Source: Candidatus Helarchaeota archaeon (GTDB lineage Archaea; Asgardarchaeota; Lokiarchaeia; Helarchaeales; RDOG01). Taken from it: a stretch of DNA of 64,000 nt. The DNA lies in NCBI GenBank assembly GCA_019058315.1, contig JAHPZH010000003.1, positions 556,451 through 620,450 on the forward strand, written 5' to 3'. The translations under genes were made by a program, and so were the position numbers. Under the pieces are notes generated by a model, which saw nothing but the letters and a program-made list of their open reading frames with translations, had not been told where the DNA came from and searched no databases. Below are positions 31,536 through 40,998 of the stretch, piece after piece; the first letter of the stretch is position 1, and each line of letters starts with the position of its first letter.

Positions 31536-32348
31536 TCACCTCGGTTTTCTACCTGTAACACAGAATATTTGAAAATAATCAAATCTATCCTCTTTTTGTA
31601 AGAAATTAAACCATATCTCCCTATCTTGGTTAAATTTATCTAAACCTCCGAATATTTTATCTGCAATTGGTTCTATTTGTTGGTACATCAATGTCCAATA
31701 TTCAATTTCTTGTTGTGTTGCTGGACCTTTGCTTATGAAATTATCTATATGGACTTGAATATTCACTAATCCCAATTTAGAAAGTCTACTGTATAGCTCT
31801 CGGCCCATATGAATGTTACTTGGTTGGTTATTTTGAAGAATTTCAAGGTGATTTTTCAACTCTTTATTTAAAGGATAAATATTTGACATAAACCCATCGG
31901 AGGAAATAATTGCAATTAGACCTCCCGGTCTCGTTACTCTGAGCATCTCTTTCAATACTTTTTGTGGTCTAGGCACAGACATTAACAAATTTCTAGCAAA
32001 GGTTATGTGAAATGTATCGTCATGAACTTGAACTTTTGAAGCGTCCATTTTAGCAAACTGGACATTATGAATGCCTTCTTTTTTAGAAATTGATGCCGCT
32101 GTTTCAATGGCGGAAAATTTTATATCTATTCCAAAAACCATTCCTGGATTAGCCCTTCTAGCTAGATCTCTAGTACTAATTCCAGGGCCGCACCCAAAAT
32201 CCATAATATTCATTCCAGGTCGGATTTCGAGCATATCAAAATGGTTTTGAAAAATTTCATAATTCATCTCGTTAGTGAGCAACATCCGTTTAACTTCTAA
32301 ATCACCTTCGAACTCTTGATAAAGAGATGTTAGTTTTGTAACAATCAT
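31536..32348 (-). CDS. Class I SAM-dependent methyltransferase
   Basis: IMDFGCGPG, GIDI, VLKEMLRVTRPGG. Confidence 0.9.
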   Translation of the reverse strand: MIVTKLTSLYQEFEGDLEVKRMLLTNEMNYEIFQNHFDMLEIRPGMNIMDFGCGPGISTRDLARRANPGMVFGIDIKFSAIETAASISKKEGIHNVQFAKMDASKVQVHDDTFHITFARNLLMSVPRPQKVLKEMLRVTRPGGLIAIISSDGFMSNIYPLNKELKNHLEILQNNQPSNIHMGRELYSRLSKLGLVNIQVHIDNFISKGPATQQEIEYWTLMYQQIEPIADKIFGGLDKFNQDREIWFNFLQKEDRFDYFQIFCVTGRKPR

Positions 32349-32351
32349 ATT

Positions 32352-33344
32352 TTATGTCCCACCATTTAACTCCTTGGCAAATATTAAATGTTTTCTTAAC
32401 AGCTTACCCTTGCGTAAACACATGTCTAACATCTGTTGATTTCCGTCCCAGATATAGGTTCCTTCATAAGCAGGAATGTGCTTTTGATCCAATAGATCCA
32501 TGACCGCATTTTTCATCTTTGAAAAGATAAAACGACCTCTATATTCCTTTGAAACATCAGCTACATACCAATTTACATCTTGAATAGCATTTCCAGACCA
32601 AATATCATAAATATTGGGGATTAAAACAGCTAGACCTATTATTTTATCGTCACAAATAGCAAAAAATAAATAATCCAAAGCATTTATTGACTGGAAAAAT
32701 TGGGCGAAATTAATTACGAGATTTCTATCCAATTCAGTCATATCTGGCATGTTAGCCATGCAGCCATTATATAAAGTTGCGATTTCATCAGCTCGTTGAA
32801 CTATTTCGTCAAATGTAAGATTGATTAAAGAAATTTCTGAATCTTCTTTATCCGTCCATCGGATAAATGGGGCATTCCACTTTATACAATAATATTGCGT
32901 ATCATAATCATAACCACATTTTTGTAATCTTCTGCCTAACCAATATTCGTTTTCCGGTACTCCTATTAATTCAGGAACACCGAATCCATGTATTAATACT
33001 CCTTGACCACCGATCATTACTGGTTCATTACGGGGTCCTCTGATCAGACTAACTCCTTGAGATCCTAAGTATTCTTCAACTTCACCTAAGAGTAATTCGA
33101 AATGTTTTGTTCTATTTCCATAGATCCATCCAAAAGAACCCACCTTTCCCCCATAACTTTCATAATTCGGATCGGTAAAAGCCATGACACGGCCTAAATA
33201 ATCCCCATTTTCCTTTAAAGCAAATAATGCACCCTTTTTGTCATGGATATTTTCCAGAGCAGTTATAATCATATTTTCTAATTGAGGAAAAGAAAGGGGA
33301 TTTATTTCCAAAAAAGTCTGAGGATCGACTTCTATGACGTTCAT
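32352..33344 (-). CDS. YghO-like double-GNAT protein
   Basis: LGRVMAFTDP...GSFGW...LIRGP...N.YW...LQKCGY; second GNAT motif VSKEYRGR. Confidence 0.7.
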   Translation of the reverse strand: MNVIEVDPQTFLEINPLSFPQLENMIITALENIHDKKGALFALKENGDYLGRVMAFTDPNYESYGGKVGSFGWIYGNRTKHFELLLGEVEEYLGSQGVSLIRGPRNEPVMIGGQGVLIHGFGVPELIGVPENEYWLGRRLQKCGYDYDTQYYCIKWNAPFIRWTDKEDSEISLINLTFDEIVQRADEIATLYNGCMANMPDMTELDRNLVINFAQFFQSINALDYLFFAICDDKIIGLAVLIPNIYDIWSGNAIQDVNWYVADVSKEYRGRFIFSKMKNAVMDLLDQKHIPAYEGTYIWDGNQQMLDMCLRKGKLLRKHLIFAKELNGGT

Positions 33345-33350
33345 TCATAA

Positions 33351-34508
33351 TCAACTCATAAAATACCTTACTTGTCCATAATCCATTACTTCTGGAACAC
33401 CTTTTAGTCCTAAGTCATCTATGAAATGCTGTACCAAAGACCAAGATTTAGATGAGAATTCAACTCTCTTAGATATCATACCACCATTACCCCATCCTGG
33501 GATCCAGACCATCAATACGCGATCTTCATATCTTTCACCCACGGTGTCTAATATCGGAATGTAACCAGTTGGTTTGAAACCAGCTTGAAGAAAGATCTTT
33601 TGATGTGTTGGCTCATAAGCATTGATGTATCCCCCAAGATACTTGATATTCTTATCTTTCACTTTTTTTACGATTTTTAAAAGAAGAGCTCCAAAAATTT
33701 CTGGATTTTCACAATTATATTCTACTATCTCTGCACTTTCTGCTTTTGGAATAATTTCGATTTTGATATGATTTTGGCCACAACTTAAGGTTATGTAAAT
33801 ATAATATTCGTGAATATCCTCAAAAGTCCCTATTTTTATCCCATTTTTAGGAATTGGAATCTCATCAACTTCTGCAATGGTATATTCCTTGACTTGTCTA
33901 TACTGTTTTTGAACAGCTTTTAATACATTTACAATTTCCGGAAGAATGATTGGATTTTTTCTTCGTTTCTTGAAAGCATGAGAAAAAATCAAAGCTTCAT
34001 ATATTTCAGACTCTCTTGCACCTACGCCTGTATCAAGATCAGGTAAAAACCCGATCGGTTTAAAACCGTTTTTTTCCATGAGCCGCTGCATTTTAGCGTC
34101 ACCAGGAACCATTCTTGCTGTACCGTATAAAATCTTTACTCTGCCTTGTAATTCTTTCATTATTTGATGGAGCGTTGTCATTCCTATGCCGCTCATCGCA
34201 CCCCTACCTTGATAATTGGGATCGATAGCTGTGGCTAATGCATAGAGTGTACCTCTGTCAGGATCAAAATCTAAAACCCCACAACCAAATACTTTTTGTT
34301 CTTCATCTTCGAAGACTTTAAAAAATTTATTTGGATTATCAACCTGAGTTTTAATCCATTTGGGGTCGAGATATTCCTCTAATGGATAATTACCATCATA
34401 AATTCTATTATAAATTCTAACAATATGTTCAGCATCATCCTCCCTTAAATCTCTACATACGTATTTAGGGATGGATTTTACCTCCTTTGTTTTGGCTTCA
34501 GATGCCAT
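33351..34508 (-). CDS. Tandem GNAT acyltransferase-like protein (probable start MASEAK at 34508)
   Basis: AIDPNYQGRG, GFKPIGFLP and a repeated GFKPTGYIP; GGAGG upstream of ATG 34508. Confidence 0.75.
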   Translation of the reverse strand: MASEAKTKEVKSIPKYVCRDLREDDAEHIVRIYNRIYDGNYPLEEYLDPKWIKTQVDNPNKFFKVFEDEEQKVFGCGVLDFDPDRGTLYALATAIDPNYQGRGAMSGIGMTTLHQIMKELQGRVKILYGTARMVPGDAKMQRLMEKNGFKPIGFLPDLDTGVGARESEIYEALIFSHAFKKRRKNPIILPEIVNVLKAVQKQYRQVKEYTIAEVDEIPIPKNGIKIGTFEDIHEYYIYITLSCGQNHIKIEIIPKAESAEIVEYNCENPEIFGALLLKIVKKVKDKNIKYLGGYINAYEPTHQKIFLQAGFKPTGYIPILDTVGERYEDRVLMVWIPGWGNGGMISKRVEFSSKSWSLVQHFIDDLGLKGVPEVMDYGQVRYFMS

Positions 34509-34737
34509 TAAAATCGCCTCCTTTTTCCAAGACCACATTTAGCGAAGTTTTATCCAAGGGGCTACTTGATAAGTTTGGCTTTTTTGTGCGGTATTTTTTA
34601 ATAGTAGCCAATTCCTTTTCTGAATTTAACGTGGGGTATGAGCCCCTATGGGTTAGGGGCTCAAATTGTTCTTGTTCGCGATTTCTCACGTTAAGTTTCA
34701 TATTCGCATATGTCCTGGTTTTTTGTGTGTGTTGCAC
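34498..34737 (-). CDS. Small hydrophilic ORF (79 aa) heading the GNAT operon
   Basis: Lies between a TATA-like box (34780-34787) and the GNAT gene, overlapping its start. Confidence 0.4.
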   Translation of the reverse strand: MQHTQKTRTYANMKLNVRNREQEQFEPLTHRGSYPTLNSEKELATIKKYRTKKPNLSSSPLDKTSLNVVLEKGGDFNGI

Positions 34738-34796
34738 TGAATTTAATCAATGACTAGGACATTATAAGGCGAAAAAATCTATATAAAAGAAAAAAA

Positions 34797-34836
34797 TTGA
34801 AAAAAAATTGGAAAAAAACACGATCATATTTTCACA
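34797..34836 (-). promoter_or_regulatory. Upstream motif, degenerate copy C
   Basis: ttgaaaaaaaattgga-N20-caca, same spacing as the other copies. Confidence 0.6.
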
Positions 34837-34913
34837 AATGTTTCAAAATGTCCAAAAAATTGACAAGCCCTAGTTAAAATTCGAGACCGCGATTTAATAT
34901 GGCTTTTTTTTAC

Positions 34914-34954
34914 TTTGAAAAAAGATTGGAGTTTTTTGTCGTTTTTTTTTCACA
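34914..34954 (-). promoter_or_regulatory. 41-bp upstream motif, copy B
   Basis: + strand tttgaaaaaagattggagttttttgtcgtttttttttcaca. Confidence 0.75.
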
Positions 34955-35139
34955 TATTTCAAATTTTCGCAAATCAAGGAGATGAATTGGAATATAAAAT
35001 AAAATGATTTTTAAAAGAGCAGTTATTGAATTTAAGGAAATAAATGGATTAAGTTATATTTATGAATAAAATTAGAAATTATAATAATTTTTTTTTAATA
35101 ATTTTACCAGTTAATATTCATACTATTGATTTTTTGCCC

Positions 35140-36159
35140 TTATTTTATAGTTTGGACGGTAAGATCGTCCCATATCCAGTCCCCTTTTGTTGGATCATAT
35201 ACTTGATTAAGATTAAAACTATCAGAGATTTCACCAACAAGGGCCAGGATTGTATCAACTTCTAGAAAATTATCGCTTATATGATGGAAGAAAGGTATGT
35301 GAGGAGTTGGAGGTGTGAATAAACATAAAAGACCACTCCAACCACTATATGTAGGTTCGGGATAATATTTCTCGATTTGAAAGGGGTGACAATATAAAAA
35401 TAGTTCCATAAATGAATTAATCAATGTGAGGGCTCCAACTTTTTCAGGGATTTTTTCAGCAATATATAAAAATTTCCTTATAGAATTAATTGATAATATT
35501 CTCCTATATAGTATATCCTCCATTTTCTCTATTGCTGCATCATAATCTCTTCTTTGAGTTATGCCTAACTTTTTAATTATTTCCTTCCTTGAAACTCCTT
35601 GGAATTGATATTGTAATATTTGAAGCATGTTAAAATCGAAGTCTATAGATGAATGGTCTGGTATAGCGAGTTCTGGGAATTTCTCTTCCATAAGTAATGC
35701 TGTCCAACGGAACAATCTTTCTTCATGGGAAATTTCTGTCTTAAAATTCTTGAAGCTGTAACGTGGATGAGCTAATTCTTTAGCCTTATAAATCGTCACA
35801 TTCGGATTCATTTGAATAATTTTATCAATAAATTTGCTTTCAAATTTTAGCGGTATAACAAATTGAGATAAATCTTGTGTCGAAATTATGTAATATGGAG
35901 CAGTCTGAACTAGATATGGCGATTGATAACGATCTTTACCTAATACAAAAAAACGTGTTAATCCTAGTTTCTCATAAACAATATTTATTTCATTACTTAT
36001 TTTGTACTTTTTAAACAAAGTTTTCCTTTTATAATAATATAATTCCCGACTCCCATATCTTTTATGTAACTTCTCTGCTGGTGTATTATTTTGTAGAAAT
36101 TGTATTAATTCTTTTTCTTCTTCGCTTACATCTTCTGGAAATAGCCCATGAGTCTCCAT
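35140..36159 (-). CDS. Putative winged-HTH transcriptional regulator
   Basis: FDFNMLQILQYQFQGVSRKEIIKKLGITQRRDYDAAIEKM; a second HTH-like segment near the N-terminus. Confidence 0.5.
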   Translation of the reverse strand: METHGLFPEDVSEEEKELIQFLQNNTPAEKLHKRYGSRELYYYKRKTLFKKYKISNEINIVYEKLGLTRFFVLGKDRYQSPYLVQTAPYYIISTQDLSQFVIPLKFESKFIDKIIQMNPNVTIYKAKELAHPRYSFKNFKTEISHEERLFRWTALLMEEKFPELAIPDHSSIDFDFNMLQILQYQFQGVSRKEIIKKLGITQRRDYDAAIEKMEDILYRRILSINSIRKFLYIAEKIPEKVGALTLINSFMELFLYCHPFQIEKYYPEPTYSGWSGLLCLFTPPTPHIPFFHHISDNFLEVDTILALVGEISDSFNLNQVYDPTKGDWIWDDLTVQTIK

Positions 36160-36393
36160 CTTATATTCCGCTATTTATCAATTTTTAAAATATTATTATT
36201 ATAATTATGATCTAGAAATAAATTAGATGATACTCGTTTAAATAAATATTGATGAATTTTGCGTATTTTGTGTGATTCTATTTAGAAAAACAGAAATTTC
36301 ATAAAATTCTCTCTAATTTATACAGAAATTGGTTGTTAATTTTTTTAATTTAATTTATACCAAAAAATAGTCTATCTCTTCGATCATTGCATT

Positions 36394-36433
36394 TGTGAAA
36401 AAAATACAAAAAAAAAATCCAATTTTTTTCAGA
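36394..36433 (+). promoter_or_regulatory. Upstream motif, inverted copy D
   Basis: tgtg-N20-tccaatttttttcaga, the reverse complement of the A/B pattern. Confidence 0.65.
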
Positions 36434-36615
36434 AATCGAAGAGTTTGTAATACTGGCGCTATTAAAATCAAGGGAGTTTTAGGGAATTTTTTTCTGTCTT
36501 AGTTAAATAGAGAGAGTTTTGGGATCATAAACAATTCTTTATATATCAATGAAAAACCATTGAATATTTTGATGGCTTTTAACAAATTGTGCGGTGTAGG
36601 AAAAAATGATATTTA

Positions 36616-37938
36616 ATGAAAAAGAAGATAAATCGCATAATTATAAAGAATTTGAACAAGGTTAATGCCAGATATCTTACACCAGATAATAAATGGAATT
36701 TGATAGTTCCCCATCGAAACTTAAAAATCGATAATGATTTTGTAAAAATTAAATTTTCTAAAAAGATGGGTGTAGAATCAATAAACCTTTCTTATCCTTT
36801 TAAGATTAACAAACTTACAGCATATATTTTCGGATTAGTCTTAGGTTCTGCCGTAAAAAGAAAAGACCGGCTAACATTGAACGTGGATCCGCGACAAGTC
36901 CCCAAGCTTCTGAATTTCTGCAGACAGCTTAAAGTTGCCCCAGAATATAAGATAATTAAGAAAAGGTACAAGAACAGGTATAAAAATTTCTATAACAGAA
37001 TTTTTCAAAATGCTGTAGTCCATTTACCTTCACCAGTATACCAATATTTGAAAGCTCTAGGGCTTAATCTATATCAGCCTAAAATACCTTCTTATTTTAC
37101 CCCTAAATTTGACCACTATGTTATTTCGGGGTACCTGAATTCAAAAAAGGCATCTTTAATTCATCATTCAACAACTCCACTTCGCCAATTGATCCTAGTA
37201 AATGCAAAATCAAAACCTTATAAAAGAGATTTTGCCAAATCATTCATGCAACAAATATATCAGGATTTAAAATTCCATTCAATAAAAGCAAATATTAGAA
37301 ATTATAAATATCATTCAATAATAAAGATAAAAAGTCGTTCTATAACACATCTAATAAAGAAATATCATATTAGACGGCCCCAGATCCGTTACAGTGGAAA
37401 ATTCCTCGGTCTATTACATAAATACCCCCATCTCAAGACGACCATAAATCTATATGGACTTACTTCATTTCAACTTTCTGTATTAGAAATTGCGTTTTAT
37501 CACTTTTTTAATCGAAAAAATCGTGAAGTTGAATATACTAGGTTCGAAGAGATGTTTTCATGCAGTTCTAATAGAATTAGAAAATGTCTATATGAATTTC
37601 AAGCAATGGGATTACTACAATATTTTGCAAAGGGTAGAAAAGAATTTGTAAAACCTACTTTTCTATGTTTCAAGTATGCAGAAGACGTTATGAGGGAGAA
37701 ATTAACATCTTTAAAGGATGCTGTCGGTAAGGGAGAGGCATATATTTTTGTCTGTAAAGTTTGTGGAAAAGGTATAGATTACCTATCAGCTATGGAAGGA
37801 GGATCTTTCAGTTGTCCAAATTGTAGGTCAGAGCGACTGGAACAATATTCCGGGGAGAAAATAAAACGAAGCTTGAGTGCATATCACGGACAACTTTCAC
37901 AATTTAGAAATTCGTATGAGGTGATGTGTCGTGCTTAA
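36616..37938 (+). CDS. Degenerate LAGLIDADG-like domain fused to a TFE-alpha-like wHTH + zinc ribbon
   Basis: AYIFGLVLGSA and VISGYLNSKK helices; NRIRKCLYEFQAMGLLQY; FVCKVCG...AMEGGSFSCPNC...LEQY. Confidence 0.7.
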   Translation: MKKKINRIIIKNLNKVNARYLTPDNKWNLIVPHRNLKIDNDFVKIKFSKKMGVESINLSYPFKINKLTAYIFGLVLGSAVKRKDRLTLNVDPRQVPKLLNFCRQLKVAPEYKIIKKRYKNRYKNFYNRIFQNAVVHLPSPVYQYLKALGLNLYQPKIPSYFTPKFDHYVISGYLNSKKASLIHHSTTPLRQLILVNAKSKPYKRDFAKSFMQQIYQDLKFHSIKANIRNYKYHSIIKIKSRSITHLIKKYHIRRPQIRYSGKFLGLLHKYPHLKTTINLYGLTSFQLSVLEIAFYHFFNRKNREVEYTRFEEMFSCSSNRIRKCLYEFQAMGLLQYFAKGRKEFVKPTFLCFKYAEDVMREKLTSLKDAVGKGEAYIFVCKVCGKGIDYLSAMEGGSFSCPNCRSERLEQYSGEKIKRSLSAYHGQLSQFRNSYEVMCRA

Positions 37939-38410
37939 TATTTTTCAATTAAATAGTATCAAGATTGCTCGATTGAAGAAAGTGAGGAATCTGCTTAACA
38001 GCTCAGAAATTGACAAATTCAAAGATTCCTTTTCAGATCTATTTGGCAAAATTAAATCTGGAAATTATAACGGAAATAAATATTTCATTACAGAGGATGG
38101 AATCGTTTTTGGTTATTATTCAATGGCTCTTGCAGTTCTACAGAATTTCGGAGCACGAAGTGAAATTGTTCTTAAAGATAATCTTTGGCGGATAAAATCA
38201 AATGGAAAATGGTATCTCTTAAGTCAATATTTTGGTTTTTTATCAGAAGATTTATTGAATAAATCCAAAAAAATTCTTCGCCCTGAACGAAAACTGTATC
38301 TTCGATGGCCGTTCGAACAGGAAAAAGACTACATTGTAGTAACGAACGGAAAATATGCAATTATGATTCCACCCGCAAAAATTAACATTATAAGGGATAT
38401 GATTTTGTGA
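37931..38410 (+). CDS. Hypothetical protein
   Basis: 159 aa; GAGGTGA upstream; overlaps both neighbours. Confidence 0.65.
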   Translation: MLNIFQLNSIKIARLKKVRNLLNSSEIDKFKDSFSDLFGKIKSGNYNGNKYFITEDGIVFGYYSMALAVLQNFGARSEIVLKDNLWRIKSNGKWYLLSQYFGFLSEDLLNKSKKILRPERKLYLRWPFEQEKDYIVVTNGKYAIMIPPAKINIIRDMIL

Positions 38411-38628
38411 GCGATCCTTGTGAATGTAGTGTAGATGGTGTATGTGAATTCGTAATCAAAGATAATGTTAAATATTGTATTCTTTGTGGAAGAGTGGAGG
38501 AGATTATTCCACCGATGTGTGAGATTGTTGGGGAATGTCAATGGATTAATTTTGATAGTGTTGTGCTTTGTGCTCAATGTGGAAGAATAAAACCAAAAAG
38601 TGAAGGGGAAGTAAATGATCCAAAGTGA
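38407..38628 (+). CDS. Small Cys-rich protein with an internal duplication
   Basis: PCECSVDGVCEF...YCILCGR and MCEIVGECQW...LCAQCGR. Confidence 0.6.
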   Translation: MSDPCECSVDGVCEFVIKDNVKYCILCGRVEEIIPPMCEIVGECQWINFDSVVLCAQCGRIKPKSEGEVNDPK

Positions 38629-38818
38629 GCAAAAGATAAAATATAAATCCAATTCTATTACAGAAGAAGTTTTAGTAAAAGGATTTGAGGGAATTCGGTC
38701 GCTTTTATCTGATTGTTTTTCCTTAAATGACACGTTAGGCGATAGTCTCAGTATTCAAGTTTTACATAGTGTCTATAGAATGATAACTAATACGAAAAAA
38801 GAAAGAATCATTAATTGA
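38615..38818 (+). CDS. Small hypothetical protein
   Basis: 67 aa, coupled within the operon. Confidence 0.5.
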   Translation: MIQSEQKIKYKSNSITEEVLVKGFEGIRSLLSDCFSLNDTLGDSLSIQVLHSVYRMITNTKKERIIN

Positions 38819-38833
38819 TTTAGAGGGGAATGC

Positions 38834-39763
38834 ATGGAACAAACAAATTATATCATTTGTACTCATAACGATTTGGACGGTTTTTGCTGCGGTGCGATTT
38901 TATTGAGGCACTATCCTGAAGCAAAAGTCTTTTTCGCTACTCCTAATTCCCTATTCAAAACATTTTACCGAATTAAACATGCCTTGGTTGAAGAAATAAA
39001 GAACCATATGTTCATTTGTGATATAACATTAAATGGAAATACTGTTAATAGAATAAATCAAGCACTCCGCTATATCAGGAATGATTTTCATTTCGATTTT
39101 ACTTGGATAGACCATCATGATTGGCCTTTTGAAGAAAAATCATTGGGAAATTATGAAAAAATTTTAGACCTCACTCAAAAATCCGCCGCTTATTTGGTCC
39201 AGAAATATACAGATCCGGATAAAAATATTGATTTCGTGAACATGGCTGAAGGGATTGGGTCGATTAAAGATTATAAATATTGGAAAGTTGTAATAAGAAA
39301 TGTCTGCAAGACTTCTTTTGTTGATGAAAAGTTAGAACCAGTTTTACGTGCTTTTAGTAGGTTGGAACGAACTCCCGAAAGTGATGAGTTTTACCAAGAA
39401 ATAAAAGAACTTATTAGCGAAGATTTAAAGAAAATGGAAGTATTCAATACCAGAGAAGGGCGTAAATTTTCAGTATTGGATTTAAGGAAGATCCCTTACA
39501 AAGTGCAACTGTATAAAGAGGTCTTTAAGTTATCAACGTTTTATAATTGTGATTTTATTTGTGTGATATTTAAAAACGAAGAATTGTCCTGCTACAACAC
39601 AGATACTGTTTCCTTCAAATTTTTAAAAGATTTTGGGGCTGTGGGGCATTTAGAAAGAGGGGCAGTGCATATTCCAATTCCTTATGAAAAATCTGACACA
39701 TTCGGATTTCAAAGACCCTTGACAATTAAAGAATTCATTGAGGTCTTAAAGAAAAATTTATAG
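38834..39763 (+). CDS. DHH-family phosphoesterase
   Basis: THNDLDG, ICDI, WIDHH, C-terminal GH motif. Confidence 0.8.
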   Translation: MEQTNYIICTHNDLDGFCCGAILLRHYPEAKVFFATPNSLFKTFYRIKHALVEEIKNHMFICDITLNGNTVNRINQALRYIRNDFHFDFTWIDHHDWPFEEKSLGNYEKILDLTQKSAAYLVQKYTDPDKNIDFVNMAEGIGSIKDYKYWKVVIRNVCKTSFVDEKLEPVLRAFSRLERTPESDEFYQEIKELISEDLKKMEVFNTREGRKFSVLDLRKIPYKVQLYKEVFKLSTFYNCDFICVIFKNEELSCYNTDTVSFKFLKDFGAVGHLERGAVHIPIPYEKSDTFGFQRPLTIKEFIEVLKKNL

Positions 39764-39767
39764 GAGA

Positions 39768-39944
39768 ATGAAAATGGCATCGGATAACACGTTTATGAAG
39801 TTTCAATTCATGGTTAAAATACTTTGTGAAGATAGAGATCCATTAGAAGAGCTTAGAGAGGAAATTAAATCAATCTTGAATAGGTATAAATCTAAATATA
39901 AAGGTCGTTTAAAATCAGGGAATTTATCAGTGAGGAGAAAATAA
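39768..39944 (+). CDS. Small ORF, 58 aa (MKMASDNTFMKFQF...LSVRRK)
   Basis: Translated by hand; follows the DHH stop with AGGAG. Confidence 0.5.
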   Translation: MKMASDNTFMKFQFMVKILCEDRDPLEELREEIKSILNRYKSKYKGRLKSGNLSVRRK

Positions 39945-40078
39945 TGGTTGTAAAAAATAAAGAACATGATAGAGATCAAAAAATGGGGATTATTGAACGA
40001 ATAGCTTGTGATTTAGAAAATTTTTCGGCTAAAGTAGCTGATGAGATTATTCATCGATTGACTAAAAAGATTGACTAA
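39944..40078 (+). CDS. Small ORF, 44 aa (MVVKNKEHD...LTKKID)
   Basis: Translated by hand; TAATG stop/start overlap with GAGGAG upstream. Confidence 0.5.
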   Translation: MVVKNKEHDRDQKMGIIERIACDLENFSAKVADEIIHRLTKKID

Positions 40079-40113
40079 TATTAATTTAAGGGCTGTTCGT
40101 TCTATATCTATAT

Positions 40114-40872
40114 TTATAAATCCATTGGATATTTTTTATTATTAAACAGATTCAAATCAATGAGTCGATATCGTTTTTCATCTTTACGATTTAAGTCGTT
40201 CAAATATAAATTTAGAATTTGTAAATTTATGAAATGCCCCACACCTTCAATTTTTCTTATTAAATTTCCTTCCAAATGGAGCTCCCTTAGATTAGGAATA
40301 TTTTCTAGCCCCTCAATTTTCTTGATTTGGTTATCATCGAGGTTCAATATCTTTAATTGAGATAATTTATCTAGACCTTCAATTTTATCTATTTGATTGC
40401 CCCTTAGGTTTAATTCATGTAGACTAGATAGAACCTCAAGCCCCTCAATCTTCTTAATTTTATTTACTTCCAAATTTAAAACTCGCAATTTGGTCAGATG
40501 CTCCAATCCTTCCAATTTTTCAATTTTATTCCAAGAGAGATTTAACCGTCTTAACTGTTTTAAACCTTCCAGACCTTGAATTTTTTGAATTTTATTATGT
40601 TGTAGATATAAATCTGTCAATTTTGGAAGGTTTTCTAATCCATATATCTCTTTAATATTATTAAAGCTAAGTTTTAACTCCCTCAAATCGTAGAGGTGCT
40701 GCAAACATTCCATTTTTTTTATGTTATTATATCGTACATTCAATAATTGTAATTGGTGTAAATTTTCAAAATATTCCAGCTTTGAAATATAATTATGATC
40801 AATATAGAGGGACCTTAAATGAGCAAAATTGTCCAAAATATCGGGAATTTTTCTTAAGCCTTTCTCGGACAA
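40114..40872 (-). CDS. SDS22-like leucine-rich repeat protein
   Basis: About nine 22-aa units of LxxLxLxxNxIxKIEGLExL. Confidence 0.92.
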   Translation of the reverse strand: MSEKGLRKIPDILDNFAHLRSLYIDHNYISKLEYFENLHQLQLLNVRYNNIKKMECLQHLYDLRELKLSFNNIKEIYGLENLPKLTDLYLQHNKIQKIQGLEGLKQLRRLNLSWNKIEKLEGLEHLTKLRVLNLEVNKIKKIEGLEVLSSLHELNLRGNQIDKIEGLDKLSQLKILNLDDNQIKKIEGLENIPNLRELHLEGNLIRKIEGVGHFINLQILNLYLNDLNRKDEKRYRLIDLNLFNNKKYPMDL

Positions 40873-40998
40873 AGAAATCTCTATAATATATCTTTTATTA
40901 AATTTAACATCCCATTTACTAATCTTTACTTTCTTCTTTAGTTCAGAAAGAGCTTTTTTTTCCGAGAGATATTTTGTTACGATTATATGAAAAGCCCC

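Noticed and set aside
28551-36433. CRISPR array or IS terminal inverted repeats as explanation of the 41-bp motif
   Set aside because: The copies are irregularly spaced (mostly kilobases apart) with no spacer pattern, and no cas or transposase gene is recognisable; the gene between B and D looks like an HTH regulator.
36616-37500. Intein or active homing endonuclease
   Set aside because: No intein splice-junction motifs or split host gene, and the catalytic acidic residues are absent.
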